Shown here: positions 23,772-36,229 of the stretch, piece after piece
Numbering within the stretch: position 1 is the first letter of the stretch
Layout of the letters: each line of letters opens with the position of its first letter
NCBI RefSeq assembly: GCF_020745735.1
Contig: NW_026867509.1
Location: 992,001-1,056,000 of the forward strand
Source: Hemiscyllium ocellatum
Lineage: Eukaryota
Direction: 5' to 3'
Length of the DNA stretch: 64,000 nt
Made by a program: the position numbers and the translations under genes
Notes under the pieces: model-generated
What the model was told of the DNA's origin: nothing
Seen by the model: only the letters and a program-made list of their open reading frames with translations
Database searches by the model: none

Positions 23772-24046
23772 CACACTGATTCAGGGTACAGAGAGAGCCG
23801 TACAAAATCTTGAGCATAGGGGGATTACCGACACAGTGATGCACAGCTGGAAGAGAGCGTTCAAAAACCTGAACATGTTAGGATTATAGACACACAATGA
23901 GGCAGAGCACGGAGAGACACGTACAAAAAGCCAGAACATGGTGCTGTTGCCGACACACTGATGCAGATTACTGAATGTGTTTTACCAGAACTTGAATAAG
24001 GTGAAGATTACAGAAATAGTGACACAGAAATAGCTGTACAAAATCA
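23772..24046 (+). repeat. Tandem array of 22/23-spacer RSSs (four recognisable units plus one degenerate)
   Basis: Heptamers at 23772 CACACTG, 23832 CACAGTG, 23893 CACAATG and 23954 CACACTG. Nonamers ACAAAATCT, TCAAAAACC, ACAAAAAGC and ACCAGAACT; spacers 23, 22, 23, 23. An orphan nonamer ACAAAATCA lies at 24038. Confidence 0.88.
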
Positions 24047-25976
24047 TGTCTGCAGAGGTTTTTAGAGCTGGACTCGGAATCCAGGTTTGGGGGTGGGGTG
24101 TGAAGAATGGTTTGTAACCAAAATCTCCATGGTTAAACAGCATATATTGTCACCAATGCCCTATTTATTGAGGAAACATCCAATTAATGGAAATAATTAT
24201 GGCTTTCATGTTAACCCGTGTTTATATGTAACACACTGTTATTGGAAACTGAACCAGTAAAGAGGGAGCATTGCATTTTGCACAAAAGATGTGTAATATG
24301 AACAGTTTCATTAATAACTTGAGTATTCGAATTGGAAAAGTATGGAACAGGAAATGCGTTTTGGACGTTTAAGGTTTCTGAGCTTAATTGTTTTCCACCT
24401 TTATGCTGAGGGTTGAGATGCATAGTCGATTAACATTCCTGTATTGTGCGATTTCATAACTTTAGTTTTCACTTCCGAGTTTTATTAAAGAAAGTGAATC
24501 CAAATCAACATTTCCACATCAGTGAGATATTTAATTTCCAATACCATGTTTCCAGAAGGATCCAGCTACGTTTTATTGCTGCACTGCGGAAGTTCTCACT
24601 AAAAATGCAACTTCATTTAAATTGAACATCGAATGCCAGATATCAATAATCCTGACAGAATAATACTTTAGGTAATGTTCTTTTAGTCTTTCTATAATTT
24701 CGGTGCATTCGGCCATGTGAGACTCGTCTTTATTAAATTAATTAGAATTTTCACAGTCTATTTCATTGTATTTCTGCAATTACTTTGTTCTGCTTGTGGT
24801 TTGCGCAACCGTTGGAGCTTGTGCCAAAGTATCTCAGATGTCAGTTGGTTTCAGTTTCTGCAGGTTCTGTTGTGGTTTTACTGTTACTCAGTGGGAACGA
24901 CCTCTTCAATGTCTCAGACAATGTTCGCTCCCTCCAGTCCGTTGTTTAATTTTCTCCAATAGTCTCTGGGTTTAGTTTTCATTGAACTTCATATTAAACA
25001 CGATTTTCAGAGCAGCCCCGGGATATTTGCTTAATTTGCCAGTGCCAGAGTTTGCTCATCACAGAAGCTTCTCTCTGCTCTACATATAACGATATATAAA
25101 CAGTTGGAGGCATGTACACCTTTATTCCTTTCTGCAACCTGTCTTTTGTCCCTGTTCCATCCACTCCATATATCAGTAGCTCTATTCTGTTGTAATGCCT
25201 TTTCACATGAGTACATTTTGATCTCTGTTTGTTCTTTCAGCAGATCTTAATATATTTTATCTCATGATCGTGGAGTCACACACAAGAGCGATTTTCTGAA
25301 TTTATTTCATCGTACCAGTTAAATTATTTCTGTTCAGTCAACTCCTGTCTTCAAGTGTTCCGAAGAAGGGAGCTACAGCCTGATCAAACTCTTTCAATTG
25401 AAATTAACTGTTGCTGGACCCTTTTTCAGCTGGAGAATATGCCAACGCTGATCATGCACAAGGACAAAAATAGAAACATGGAAAGATATTCTGACCTTGA
25501 CTCTGCACTGACATTTCCTATGACAGTGATTGATCTTCTCATTGATAATGGAATATGCCTACTTGCCTTGTTGAGTAAAGCTTCAATAAGATTGAATAAA
25601 CGCGGCATAATCAAATCAAAAGAGCCAGCTTATTCTGCCCTGCATGTAGGAAAATTCACTCTCTACATAAACATGACTCAATTGCAGAGGTATGGCAGGT
25701 TTACTGCAGAAATATGGAAAATTGCAAAAACTGAGCTTCTGTTAGTGTCTGATTAGAACTTGATTAGTCAGGGAAAAAAACCTGAAGTTTGTAATTATGA
25801 ATGTACCTCTGTCTCAGACAATTAACATTTCTCATTTTTATTTTGTTAATGTCTGCCACCATAATGCTTGTCTCTCTCAGTATTTCCCAGTTACTTAATA
25901 TCATGTACTAGCTTGAAATATTACGTACTTACCATTATTTATAGGAGCTTATACGAATGCCAATGGTTGAAAGAAA

Positions 25977-26030
25977 TGTGTGTGTGTGTGTGTGTGTGTG
26001 TTTGCGTGTGTGTGTGTTTGTGAGTCTGTA
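25977..26030. repeat. (GT)n microsatellite
   Basis: Run of tgtgtg... with a few interruptions. Confidence 0.95.
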
Positions 26031-26044
26031 TGCGCGCACGCGCT

Positions 26045-26300
26045 GTTCTTATCACTGTTTCACGCAGCCATGATTGCCATTGGATCAGTCCATAAGACAT
26101 TGATACAGATGCACAAGATCCTATAAATTGTTTTGTAACAATTGATCAAATTGCAATGATTACTAAATCTGCTCCAGTCTCCGTTTCCGTCATATTTTAC
26201 ATCTTCCCAGGTTATTGCTGAAATTGTCCACCTTCAAACGCTTCATCAACAAGTACTATGATAGCTGTGTCATGGCTTATGCTTAACTTCGCTTTGTCAT
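26045..26300 (-). pseudogene. Highly degenerate TCR V pseudogene
   Basis: Minus-strand EAFEGGQ... and RKRRLEQI**SLQFDQLLQNNL*DLVH match the pseudogene at 32730-33182 (RPDRQLE*IYLEFDQLIQNNLQDRVH). Nucleotide similarity between 26060-26160 and 32755-32870. Confidence 0.5.
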
Positions 26301-27348
26301 TTCTATCACTTTTGCAGATATGCTACTCCCTGTCTCAGTTTACAATAAGCTGCATCATGTCTCTCTTTGTATAAAACTAGACTCTACCTGTGTTGTTCTT
26401 TCTTTTGGTTGTTCCAATGGCATTATACAAACACGTGTTACTTACTCGATTCGACGATGTCTGCATTCATATTGTCCCTCGACATATCTCTATTGTTGCT
26501 GCAATTTTATATTTTCTGGTGGTGTTACGTCTGGACAGTGAACACTGCAATTGGCTTTGTCTCATTTCCTCCGGCACTAGAATATGAACCGTTGCTGCAT
26601 TACATCGATCTGTTGCCAATGAAAATGACAAAATATTTTTAAAATAGCTTCCAGACACTGACTAACCTGATGATTCTCTCGTTATATCAAACATGGACGT
26701 TGGTCAACTTTTCCTGCACCAGTATGTCTGAACACGAACTTTACCACTTGGACGACCTCCAATTGTGATTGATTTCATCAATTGAAGAATTTTTCGAATT
26801 CACTCTGACCAAAATTTGCATTTAGTGGTTTCCACCACGCCCACTCTCCCTCCATGTTAATTCTGTTTTCCATAAGTTCAATTCTAAATTTATGGAAACG
26901 CTTCAAAAGTGTTAATGGAGTAGGTTCTAAAACACATGTGAATGAACGCAAATGGTGGAGGAATTTTAAATGGTGGGCTCTTAAAATGACAAACTATCTG
27001 AGATATGCCAGAAATGAGAAACAGAAAGGAACATTTTGAGATAGGGACTCTGCCCAGTGTCTGCTGTCAGCGGATTCACTTGATAAAGACTCAACCTCAT
27101 ATTTTCTGAAGTGGGACGACCCCAAAAAATTGCAGCGAGCCTGTTGCGACAGGGGAATGCAGTCATTCACATTGTTGGAAGGTAGGAAGCAGTGAGGTAT
27201 TTTTTTTCAGTGAACTGCAAATGAGGTGAATGTTGTAATATAATAGTCCCTCTTGAGACAACCACTCGGAATAAATCAGAGGCAATTTGAATACGTCACA
27301 AAGCAAACCTCTATAACAATAAAAATTTCCTCCAGTTTATGAGCGATG

Positions 27349-29795
27349 ATGCATGAGCCAGTCATTTTCCCCTTCTTTATCATTTGCTGTTCCATTCTCG
27401 CGGTTACTGGTGCCCCTAATATGTCACTGATGCTCAAGAAAATTATTCTTGTCGTTTATTTCCAGAAATATGTACATTTTTTTCCTTTCCACCATTCAAC
27501 AGACTTTTTTTTTCCAAACTGCAAAGCTTTCATTTGGGCAGCTTCAAGCCAGTGCATATGACATATTATGGGTTACTATGGGTGCTATGACAAAATATCA
27601 CGTATTACTGGCAATTCCATTGTAATAAAAGACTTCTTAAAATTAATTTTGCATGTTGTGTACCTTCAGAAACATGTTCTATTGGACGTTGGAACATTAC
27701 CTTGATGAATGACTATGAATAAACATAAATTGTAGTATTGACCAGGATTACATTCCTTTCCAATTCAGTAAAATGCGTTCCAGCATTTTAACCCATTGAC
27801 GCAATAGAAGTTAATCATAGTGCAGGAAAGTACATTTTGGCACTGATCTTATGACGGTATCAGAATATGACTTCTGTTATGGTTGCACCTTAGAAATGTT
27901 TTGTAATATATACACACATTCAGTGATTAAGTGAATGGACAGTGTGTGTTTTCATAGGATATAATCAAGTATAGCGTTTCCAAAGGACAGCACCGTTGTT
28001 AATGTGGCCTTAGGAATTAATTAGAGTTTAATCCAACAGATGTCAGTGGATCTGCAAGATGTTTAAACTGTTGGCAATTTGCTACTCTGCTGTGAAGTTT
28101 CGCAGAATTTGGGTTATTGTTTTTTTAAGTACTTAATCTTAAATATTATTCACAATTATTAGAAAGTGCAATTGCAATTCGTCTCCAGCCACTTCACTAC
28201 ACATTTAAACGACCACAACAAATTCAGTAAATCAATCGAGATATGTGGGATATCACCAAAATATTTGAAGAAAGGAACGTCTTAAATACGGGAACAGGAG
28301 CAGAACAACTGAGGTGAGAATTACAGTGATTTAATCTTGACTGGTCAAATCTATAACCAACTCTGTTAGAAGTATAAACTTGAGCTGTACACAGGATGCA
28401 GAATCAAAGTTGACATGAGATTTCAAACAGTTGTATGACGTTAAGGGAAAGAATGTGATGAGACTCTGTCACTTTTGAAAATTCGAAGGATGAAATTTTA
28501 AAGGGTTAGATGTCACAGGCGAGTAGCCAACGTTTTTGTTTTTCAGGATGTCTGGGGCTTGTTCTGCATCAGATCATGGGCCCCACATAATTCCACTTAT
28601 TCTGAACTGGACAAGTCGCCAATGGAATTTACTCAGTGATGAGGGAACAATATTTACACTGAGGAATGATTGTATTGACAGATGCTTGCTGCTGCACGGG
28701 ATGCCCAACACCTGTCAATTCTTGCAGATAAAGAAGACACTGGAAGTGCCACGGTGAATTTTGAAGAGAGGTAAATGTTTGTATGAGGCAGCAGTCGTTG
28801 TTTGCAGTGAGCTCAGTCATATCTTTCTCTTTCAATATCTCCCAGCCAACATGCTGGTGATCATCATGCTATCTTGAGGATGGTGTGGTCTCTCCAGGTA
28901 GATCACGGAGTATCTGTTAGCGATCACAATGACTGATGTCTTTGTCATCTCCACTGCAGCCATCTTAAAACAAATCAGCTACATTTACTTCCGGGAAAGG
29001 GTCTTGTCTACGACTCCTACAGGCACTCTCAGCATCGTGTTGGTCTGTGCCACCCGGGATTGATCGGTCTGTCTGTCATTCGACTTTCCCATCGACCAGT
29101 TTGTGCCCATCTGCTGCCAGAAGTTGAAGAGCGCAGAGTGTACGGAGAAAACTGTGTTTCTGGTCATTGGAATAGTCTGTCTCATGTGCTGCACCACGAA
29201 AATCCCATACTGATTTATCGCCGAATCCTGATATATCTTACAAGGGTCGTCGTGATTTTGCAACATCGAAGCAAATTTCTACATCTGACCAGCTTGGTAG
29301 GCTTCCTTTCGGCTTTTCCAGATCTATGCCCCTTTTCTCCTGTTTTTCGTCATTCTCATACTCAACTTCCTCAAAATACAGACCCTAGCGGCCAACAGAG
29401 CCCACAGAATGCTCCTTGGTGCTGGGAAGCAGCAAGACCCAGAGATGGCTGACCATAAGAGATCCATTATTCTGCTGTTCTCCATCTCTCTCAGCTTCCT
29501 CCTCTTGTGGGCCCCTCTCGACGGACATTTCATCAAAATGCAGCTTAAAACTGAGAGCTACTTCAGTGGACAGGATTTCAGAGACCCGCAGTATATCTTC
29601 CAAGAGACGACCAACACACTTCAGTTGCTCAGTTCCTGCAACAAGATCTTCATTTATGCAATATATCAGAATTTGTTTCGAAGGGAGTTAAAAAGCATTC
29701 TGAGGCATTCCTTCGTCATCCTCACCAATTGCTTTAAACAGTCAGGTGACAAATCTATCCTCACATTGCTTCTTTCCACTGAAGGAGTTCAGTGA
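27349..29795 (+). pseudogene. GPR139/GPR142-like GPCR pseudogene 1 (exon 1 27349-27418, exon 2 28846-29795)
   Basis: Exon 1 MHEPVIFPFFIICCSILAVTGAP with the splice donor lost. Exon 2 ANMLVIIMLS*GWCGLSR*ITEYL...KRSIILLFSISLSFLLLW...LQLLSSCNKIFIYAIYQNLFRREL. It parallels the intact gene at 52489-55196 but has stops and frameshifts. Confidence 0.9.
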
Positions 29796-30134
29796 GTACT
29801 GCTCTGAGATGCAACTAATACAGAAACATAATGGGAAATAAGCATCAGGAGCAAAAAGAATCCAGTGCCTATTCTCCACATCTGACATTTCACCGTGATT
29901 GATCTTGAGAAAATGTGGAATGATTTAAAATTCATTATTTCTCGACAAGAGGCAAACTTGTGTTGTGTTTCCACACTCCCGCCTCTCTTGCAGCTTCCAC
30001 ACTCTATTGGTCTAGTGTCGTTGGCATTTGTTTATTTATTTCTCATTTTCCATGTTTCAGTTCTAGATTGTACTGTTCCCGGAACTTCTTACTCACTTCC
30101 AGCCTCCCTTCATCATCTCATCATCATGGGGTAA

Positions 30135-30240
30135 ATGTAGCGGAATGGGTCTGGGTGGGTTGCGCATCGGTGGGTCGGTGTGGACTTGTTGGGCCGAAGG
30201 GCCTTTTGCCACACTGTAAGTAATCTAATCTAATCTAAAC
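30135..30240 (+). mobile_element. SINE 3' fragment (HE1-like)
   Basis: ggaatgggtctgggtgggtt...ggacttgttgggccgaagggcc...gtaatctaatctaatcta. Confidence 0.75.
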
Positions 30241-30989
30241 CTGCGCCTTTCATTATTACTCTGTCATCGCCTCTCGCCACTCCAGTCTCCACTTGACGTT
30301 GCCCAGCAATGGAACATGATCCTCAAGAAGGTCAAGAGCCCAGTTTGACTGTTTGAACTGTGTCCTCAGGAAGACGTATGCAATTGATTGTTTGCTCAGT
30401 GTGTTTAACCTGCTTGATTGTAAACATTTGATTCCTTAACTCTTTAACAACATCGTCAATTTATTTCCCCTGCACTTGCATCAGAAATTGGTTTTGTACT
30501 TTTATTCTATTAAACAATAACAAACTTTTGAATGAAAAGAAACTCCTCAAGAAACTTTGCAGGTCTGGCAGCATCTGTGGAGAGAAAGCTGACATGGCAT
30601 TTCGAGGGCAAGGATGCTTCTTCAGAACTGGGTTAGTTATGCACTCCCATAAAGGAAGACAGAAACTATATTTACTGTCAGAGTTTAACTCTAATTAATT
30701 TATACATCTAACTGACACTGATTGTCATTTTGCTCTTTAACATAAGTAAACATTCCAACTAACTCGGGTGTGCCACTGAATGGTGCATTCTGAAAGATTG
30801 AACTTTTATCGATATTGGATAACTGTGTATCAGTTCATGCAAAGCTTCTCTTTCAATTTATATCAGCTAACTGAAGGTAGTTCAAAATATTGCTTGAAAA
30901 CAAATATGAAGTTGAAAAGAAATTAGAGTTATTCTTCGGTTGTGGGTAAAGTGGTGGTAAAAATGTTATAACACAGAGGATTTATAATT

Positions 30990-32460
30990 ATCTCGAAAAG
31001 AGTAAGATGATTACAGGTAGTCAACACTGTTTTGTGAAGGGTTGGGCGTGCCTCTCAAACCTTACTGAGTTATTTAAAAAGCTGACAAAACAGGCAGATG
31101 TGAATAAAGTGGATGATGTGCTTTATATGGATTTTAGTAAGGAGTTTGATCAGTTACCGCACTGTTGGCTAGTGCACAAAATGCTAGTGCACGAATGCAT
31201 GGGATTGAGGGTGATTTACCTTTTAAATCAGAAATTAGCAAGCTGAAAGAGGGCAGAGTGTGGTGGCTGATGGGAAATGTGCATTCTGAAGTTTAAATAT
31301 TCGTGGTCTTCCGCAAGGATCTCTTTTGGAGCCACCATTTATACTTTTTTATAAATTATCGGGGTGAGTGCATAGAAGAATGCGTTATTGAATTTTCGGA
31401 TGATAGCAAGTTTGGCAGAGTTGTGGATAATGCCGAAGGATATTGGCGTTTACAAGGGACATAGCTAAGCTGCAGAGCTGGGCTGAGAGGAGGCAAATAA
31501 AGTTTAATTCGGAGAAGTGTGAAGTCATTCACTTTGAAAGGATGCACGGGAATAAAGAGTGCTGGGTTATTAGTAAGAATCTTGTTAGTGTGGATGAGCA
31601 GAGAGATCTGTGCGTCAATGCACACAAACCCTAGAAAATTGCAATTGGTTTTGATAGGGTTGTTACAAAACGCATACGGTGTCATAGATTTGATTACTGG
31701 AAGGCTTGAGTTTCGGAACCAAGAATTCATGTTGCAAAAGTACAAAAGTCTGGTGTGGCACTCTTGGAGTATTGTGTACAGATCTGCTCACCACTTTTTG
31801 GGATGGATGAACAGTGTTGGAAAGGGTTCAGAGGGGATTTGTTAGGATGTTGACAGTTCCAGAGGGAAGGTTTTACGCAGAAAGGCTGAGGGACTTGTTT
31901 TTGTGAGAGAGAATAAGATTGAGAGGTGACTTAATTGAGAGACATAAGATAATTCAGAGGGTTAGATATGATGGACAGTGAAAGCCTATTTCGTCGGATG
32001 GTGATGGCGAGCACGAATGCACATAGCTTCAAATTGAGGGCCGATAGATATCAGACAGATGGCAGACATAGCTACTTTATTCAGAGAGCAGTAGGGGCAT
32101 GGAAAGACCTGCCTGCAACAGTAGTAGATTCGCCAATTTTAAGGACATTTAAATAAGAATTGTATAGACATACGGATGAAAATGCAGAAAATGAGGTCTG
32201 CAGATGCTGGATGTCAAAGTTGAGAGGATGGTGCTGGAAAAGCACAGCAGGTCAGTCAGCATCCGAGAAGAAGGCGAATCGACGTTTTTGGGCATTAGCC
32301 CTTCCTGATGAAGGGCTCGTTCCCAACACGTCGATTTTCCTGCTCCTAAGATGTTGCCTGACATGCTGTGCTTTTCCAGCACCACACTCTATATATGGGC
32401 TGAAAATAGAATAGTGTAGGTTAGATGAGATACAGATTGGTTCCAGTGGTCGGCGTAACA
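30990..32460 (+). mobile_element. Decayed CR1 RT 3' fragment with an inserted palindromic element
   Basis: SQHCFVKGWACLSNL, YMDFSKEFDQLPH, KFNSEKCEVIHF and TNAHSFKLRADRY pieces. Confidence 0.85.
32185..32390. mobile_element. Palindromic hammerhead-bearing element, degenerate cores
   Basis: gctggaaaagcacagcaggtc...gacgtttttgggcattagcccttcCTGATGAagggctcgttcccaacacgtcga...ctgtgcttttccagc. Imperfect flanking direct repeat atacggatgaaaat / atatgggctgaaaat. Confidence 0.7.
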
Positions 32461-32729
32461 TCAAGGACCGAAGGGCATGTACTTCACTGTGTTCGATATT
32501 CAATGAAATGTATTTCATTCTAAGTTACCTGTAGGATGTGCTCCCGACACGAACCAAATTCTGATTAGCCATATTGTTGCAGATTATTTATCTAACAGGG
32601 GAATCCGATATTTCAAACCAACTATTCCAAAACTCCAAACTCAGTAACTGGCGATTTGGGGTCATCGATGCCGCCACATTACTTTTATTTTTCCGTTGAA
32701 ATTTTGATAGACCATGATGTCGATAGCTG

Positions 32730-33182
32730 GGTCACATAAATTGAGACACGCTCAGCTGATTGCCATTGGAGCAGTCCATGCGTCTATGATAAATAGGCTG
32801 ACCGCGCAATTAATATATGCACACGATCCTGTAAATTGTTTTGTATCAATTGATCAAATTCCAAATAGATTCATTCGAGCTGTCTGTCTGGACGTTATCA
32901 GTATCATCATAATATACAGAGCTCCCTGTGGTCTCATAGGAACAGATCAATGTCACTGCCATCACTTCTGTCTCAAAATATGAGCAGTGTGGCGAAGTAG
33001 CAGAAGCTCCATGACTTGGATCTGATATAACTGAGAATGCATAATTTTAAAAACTTATTACAGTACTAATACATTAACTCAGGATTCTGTGCAGACAAAC
33101 TGCAGGTACAAACTGGTTCAGATGGCATGTCGTGCATCGGGATAAACTGGAATAACATCAGGACCAGTCAATGAACCAACAT
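32730..33182 (-). pseudogene. TCR V pseudogene with leader remnant
   Basis: Leader-like MLVH*LVLMLFQFIP (33137-33182), acceptor at 33031. AVTLICSYETTGSSVYY, then frameshifted *Y**RPDRQLE*IYL and QLSVSQF in place of QLSDSAVYYC. Confidence 0.65.
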
Positions 33183-34827
33183 AATGGGCAACACGAAAAG
33201 ACAAACGGCTTCAACTTAGTCTACCGATTTGAGACAAACATGGTCAAATTGTTAGCGGAATTACATAGTGATGCAAACTTGATATTTATGGCATACAACT
33301 TCCATCTCCAGGACACACCCCATCACCAACATACACACTCACGCACGCACACTCTTCTTGCTTCCAGTTCGAGGATAGCTGCTGCAATCTCTTCAAAAAT
33401 TAGGGGCAGGGGAGAGAAGAAGACTGAGGATTTCAATGACGTGCTTAGGGCAATGATGCTTCAAGGTTTCTGTCTCAAATTGTCATGAATAGCAGGTTAA
33501 ACCAGAGATCATAGTGACAGCTTAGTGTATGGACATCTGAGGGGCCAACAAACCAACTCAGGCTTGGATATCAGATTAAGTTCAGCATTTCTCATTTGTG
33601 GCAGAAAGTGGACATCCTCATTCACTCAAGTTAAAGCTTTGAGCATCAGTTTCCAGAATATGACGATACTCAGATGAATTGGATTTGGGACGTGGAATAC
33701 GAGGTAAATGGAAATGCCTACGGAATCTTCTAGCACAGATAGATGTGATAGCCCTTCTTCAATACAAAAGGACATGAGTATGGAAATTAGGAGAATTTCA
33801 TTAAACATCATAAGGCAAATGCCTGACAATAGCTGGAATATCATAAACAGTTTTGAACTCTCTACCTAAAGAAAGACGTATTGGCGTTTGTAGCAGACCA
33901 GAGAGGTTCCACCAGGTAGGTCTCCGAGATGGTTTATGAGGAGACACGGATCAGATCCTAACTCATCACGGTTCAGAAGAATGAGAAGCGATTTCATTGA
34001 AACACTAAAAATAATTTCTTTGTGTGCTTGACAGGCGAGAAGCAGAAGGTTCTTTTATCTTTTGGAAGAGTCGAGGACCTCTCAATCTCAGAGTAAATGG
34101 TCAGCCATCGAGATCAGAGATGACGGGGCACATATTCTCTCAGGTCGAATGAACTACTGCAATGGTCTATCATGTGGTCTGTCGCTCATACTATCAAGGC
34201 TGAGACGCACAGATTTGTACTCAGTAAGGATTCAAGGGTGATGGAGAACAGAAATGAAAGTGGAGTTGAGGATTGAGAGATAAACCTACTTTTATTTGAA
34301 TACCAGAGCAGAAAAGATGGACCTAAGGCCTACTTCTGCTGCACATTCGACTGTTTCATTGAGCTTTGCATTCACTGCTTTCAGAATTTTATTCTGACAT
34401 TCTAACCTGCCCAATAAACAACAATAAACGACAGATCTGCTTCACAGCCATTCATTTTGATCTTATATCAGTTTAGCTGGTGGAAGTGACCACTTTACTG
34501 ATATGTCTGCATGTTTCCCTCCAGCGTTTTCTTACATAAATAGCAGCTTGTCCCTCATTGTTCTTTGTTTACGATGAAGATTGAATTTGCATACCTTGTT
34601 ATTTTAAAAATGAGTAACATTTAAATGAATATTAATGCATAATTAAACAGTGTAGCGATCAGAAATAAGAGTCCATGTGATCATCATTAATGAGGTGCTC
34701 GGGGATGGGAGGGGGGGCCTCACTGAAAATCGACTTCATGTCAACATTCAACTCATTCATGCACTGAAGTGTCGCTCGTTACTCTGGCATGAATTGTACA
34801 AGTTCACTCCAGTTCTGTGGCTCTGCG

Positions 34828-35641
34828 GGTCTCAGTGAATAATAACACATGACAAAGTCTGTCCGCTGGATTTTAGTAACTTTTAGAGGTACGGTTCGAA
34901 AGGATTCATTGAGCTTTGCTGGAAAACGTTTCTCTGGAAATCCTTCCATGTATTTTCCTCTGTCCCAAAACCCCGTCGGATCCACTTGGATATTGATGGT
35001 GGCAGAACAGGTAATAAACACTGCTGATTGTCATTCTGTAATTACAGAAAAACTGAACATTATTTCGTTCATTTACTGAGTTTTCATCTGGTGATTGTGA
35101 AGCAGCGTGTCCTCGACAATCCCTATAAAAGCACATAAAGATATTAAGTTAAACAATAGCATGTTATTGTGCCTTTCCCTCCCAGAACCACTGTGATAAC
35201 TTCCACACGTACATTGAGAATTAACTTAGAAAGTTGTACTGAAACATATGAAAGAAAACATGACCTACAACGACCAATTTAATTTGCTTTAATATACTCT
35301 CAGTGGGTTCTGTGGCGGCAAGTTCTCCAATGAGACAAAAATTGCAACATAAACAGATCAATTTGTCCGGACCTCGCCAAATCAAAATTTGAATTCAGTG
35401 TGCTGGGCTCAGTCCATGAGCCGCTCTCCTTAAACTTACAACTGATACAAGTCACTTGTTTTAACAAGTTCAGGAAGGACCCAACTCTTTTGGTCACTTC
35501 ACAGCAGTATCTGGACATTTCTGTGCTCTGACGACATGGAACAAATGAGACATTTGTAAGCTGAAACAACAAACATCCTTTCAATTTTCCAGTTAAGAAA
35601 GCTGCAGCGGTAACAACAAAGTAAAAATTAAACCCAAACAT
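34828..35641 (-). pseudogene. TCR V pseudogene, same family as V 727-1030 (leader 35590-35641, V exon 34828-35122)
   Basis: Leader MFGFNFYFVVTAAAFLT with donor GA instead of GT. DCRGHAASQ...VQFFCNY...YLFCHHQ (Trp lost), a frameshift, and TDFVMCYYSLRP. Degenerate RSS CGCAGAG-23-ACAATTCAT (34789-34827). Confidence 0.85.
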
Positions 35642-35844
35642 ATTGGCAGAGAAATCATGGCGGATCTGAACCGAAAGTGGTTTTTCTGAAATGGGTATTT
35701 GTCAAGAGATGAGGTGATGCCTGACATCTATCTCCCTGCTGATTGATTTGATCTGGACAAACACACAAGGTAACATGTAATACAGTGGCAAAATCATTGT
35801 TTTGCACAAAAAAAATCTGCTCAATGGCTTTGTTCTGAAAATGG

Positions 35845-35852
35845 TGACGTCA
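35845..35852. promoter_or_regulatory. CRE palindrome TGACGTCA upstream of a V leader
   Basis: Perfect TGACGTCA about 200 bp upstream of the ATG at 35641. CRE-like motifs are typical of TCR V promoters. Confidence 0.55.
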
Positions 35853-36229
35853 GAGAAAGTGACGGTGGAATGGCATGATATTGACACATAATTCTGCTGC
35901 TGTTGAAATTAGTCCTTCCTCCTCATTAGAGCAACTGTTCTGAAACGTGCAAAACAGAAAGCATCGCTGGTATAACAATGTTGAAATTATTCTGCCAAAT
36001 CATCGAAATGGATGTAGAACTATCCAAATGTTGGATCTTGAAACATGTTCAACCTGTTCCTTGTTTCCTCCACAAATCTCCTTTTGCTTCACTCCATCTT
36101 TCACCAATTATTCCCTCTTCTCTTCTAAACATCTTGTTACTTCAATTATATTTCTGTCAATTTGCAGATTGTTCCATTTCGTTTACAATTGTCTCTATTC
36201 ATGTCTAGCTTATTTCTGCCTCCATTTCG

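Noticed and set aside
23772-24046. The 60-bp periodic array as a CRISPR-like or ordinary minisatellite
   Set aside because: This is a eukaryotic locus, and conservation is concentrated at the heptamer and nonamer positions, matching RSS units.
22589-24975. Short similarity ggttct...gtggttttactgtt...gggaac at about 22650 (-), 24865 (+) and weakly 60270 (-), and the hydrophobic ORFs around it
   Set aside because: Only about 35 bp with no consistent reading frame or splice pattern; could be an old repeat fragment. No function can be supported.
24994-25216. ELLIYG and DIWSGW motifs suggesting a V domain or cytokine receptor
   Set aside because: Isolated motifs without the Cys/Trp framework.
26290-26642. 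Plus-strand ITFADMLLPVSV as a GPCR TM2
   Set aside because: No coherent TM3-TM7 follows, and the adjacent sequence is better explained as a - strand V pseudogene.
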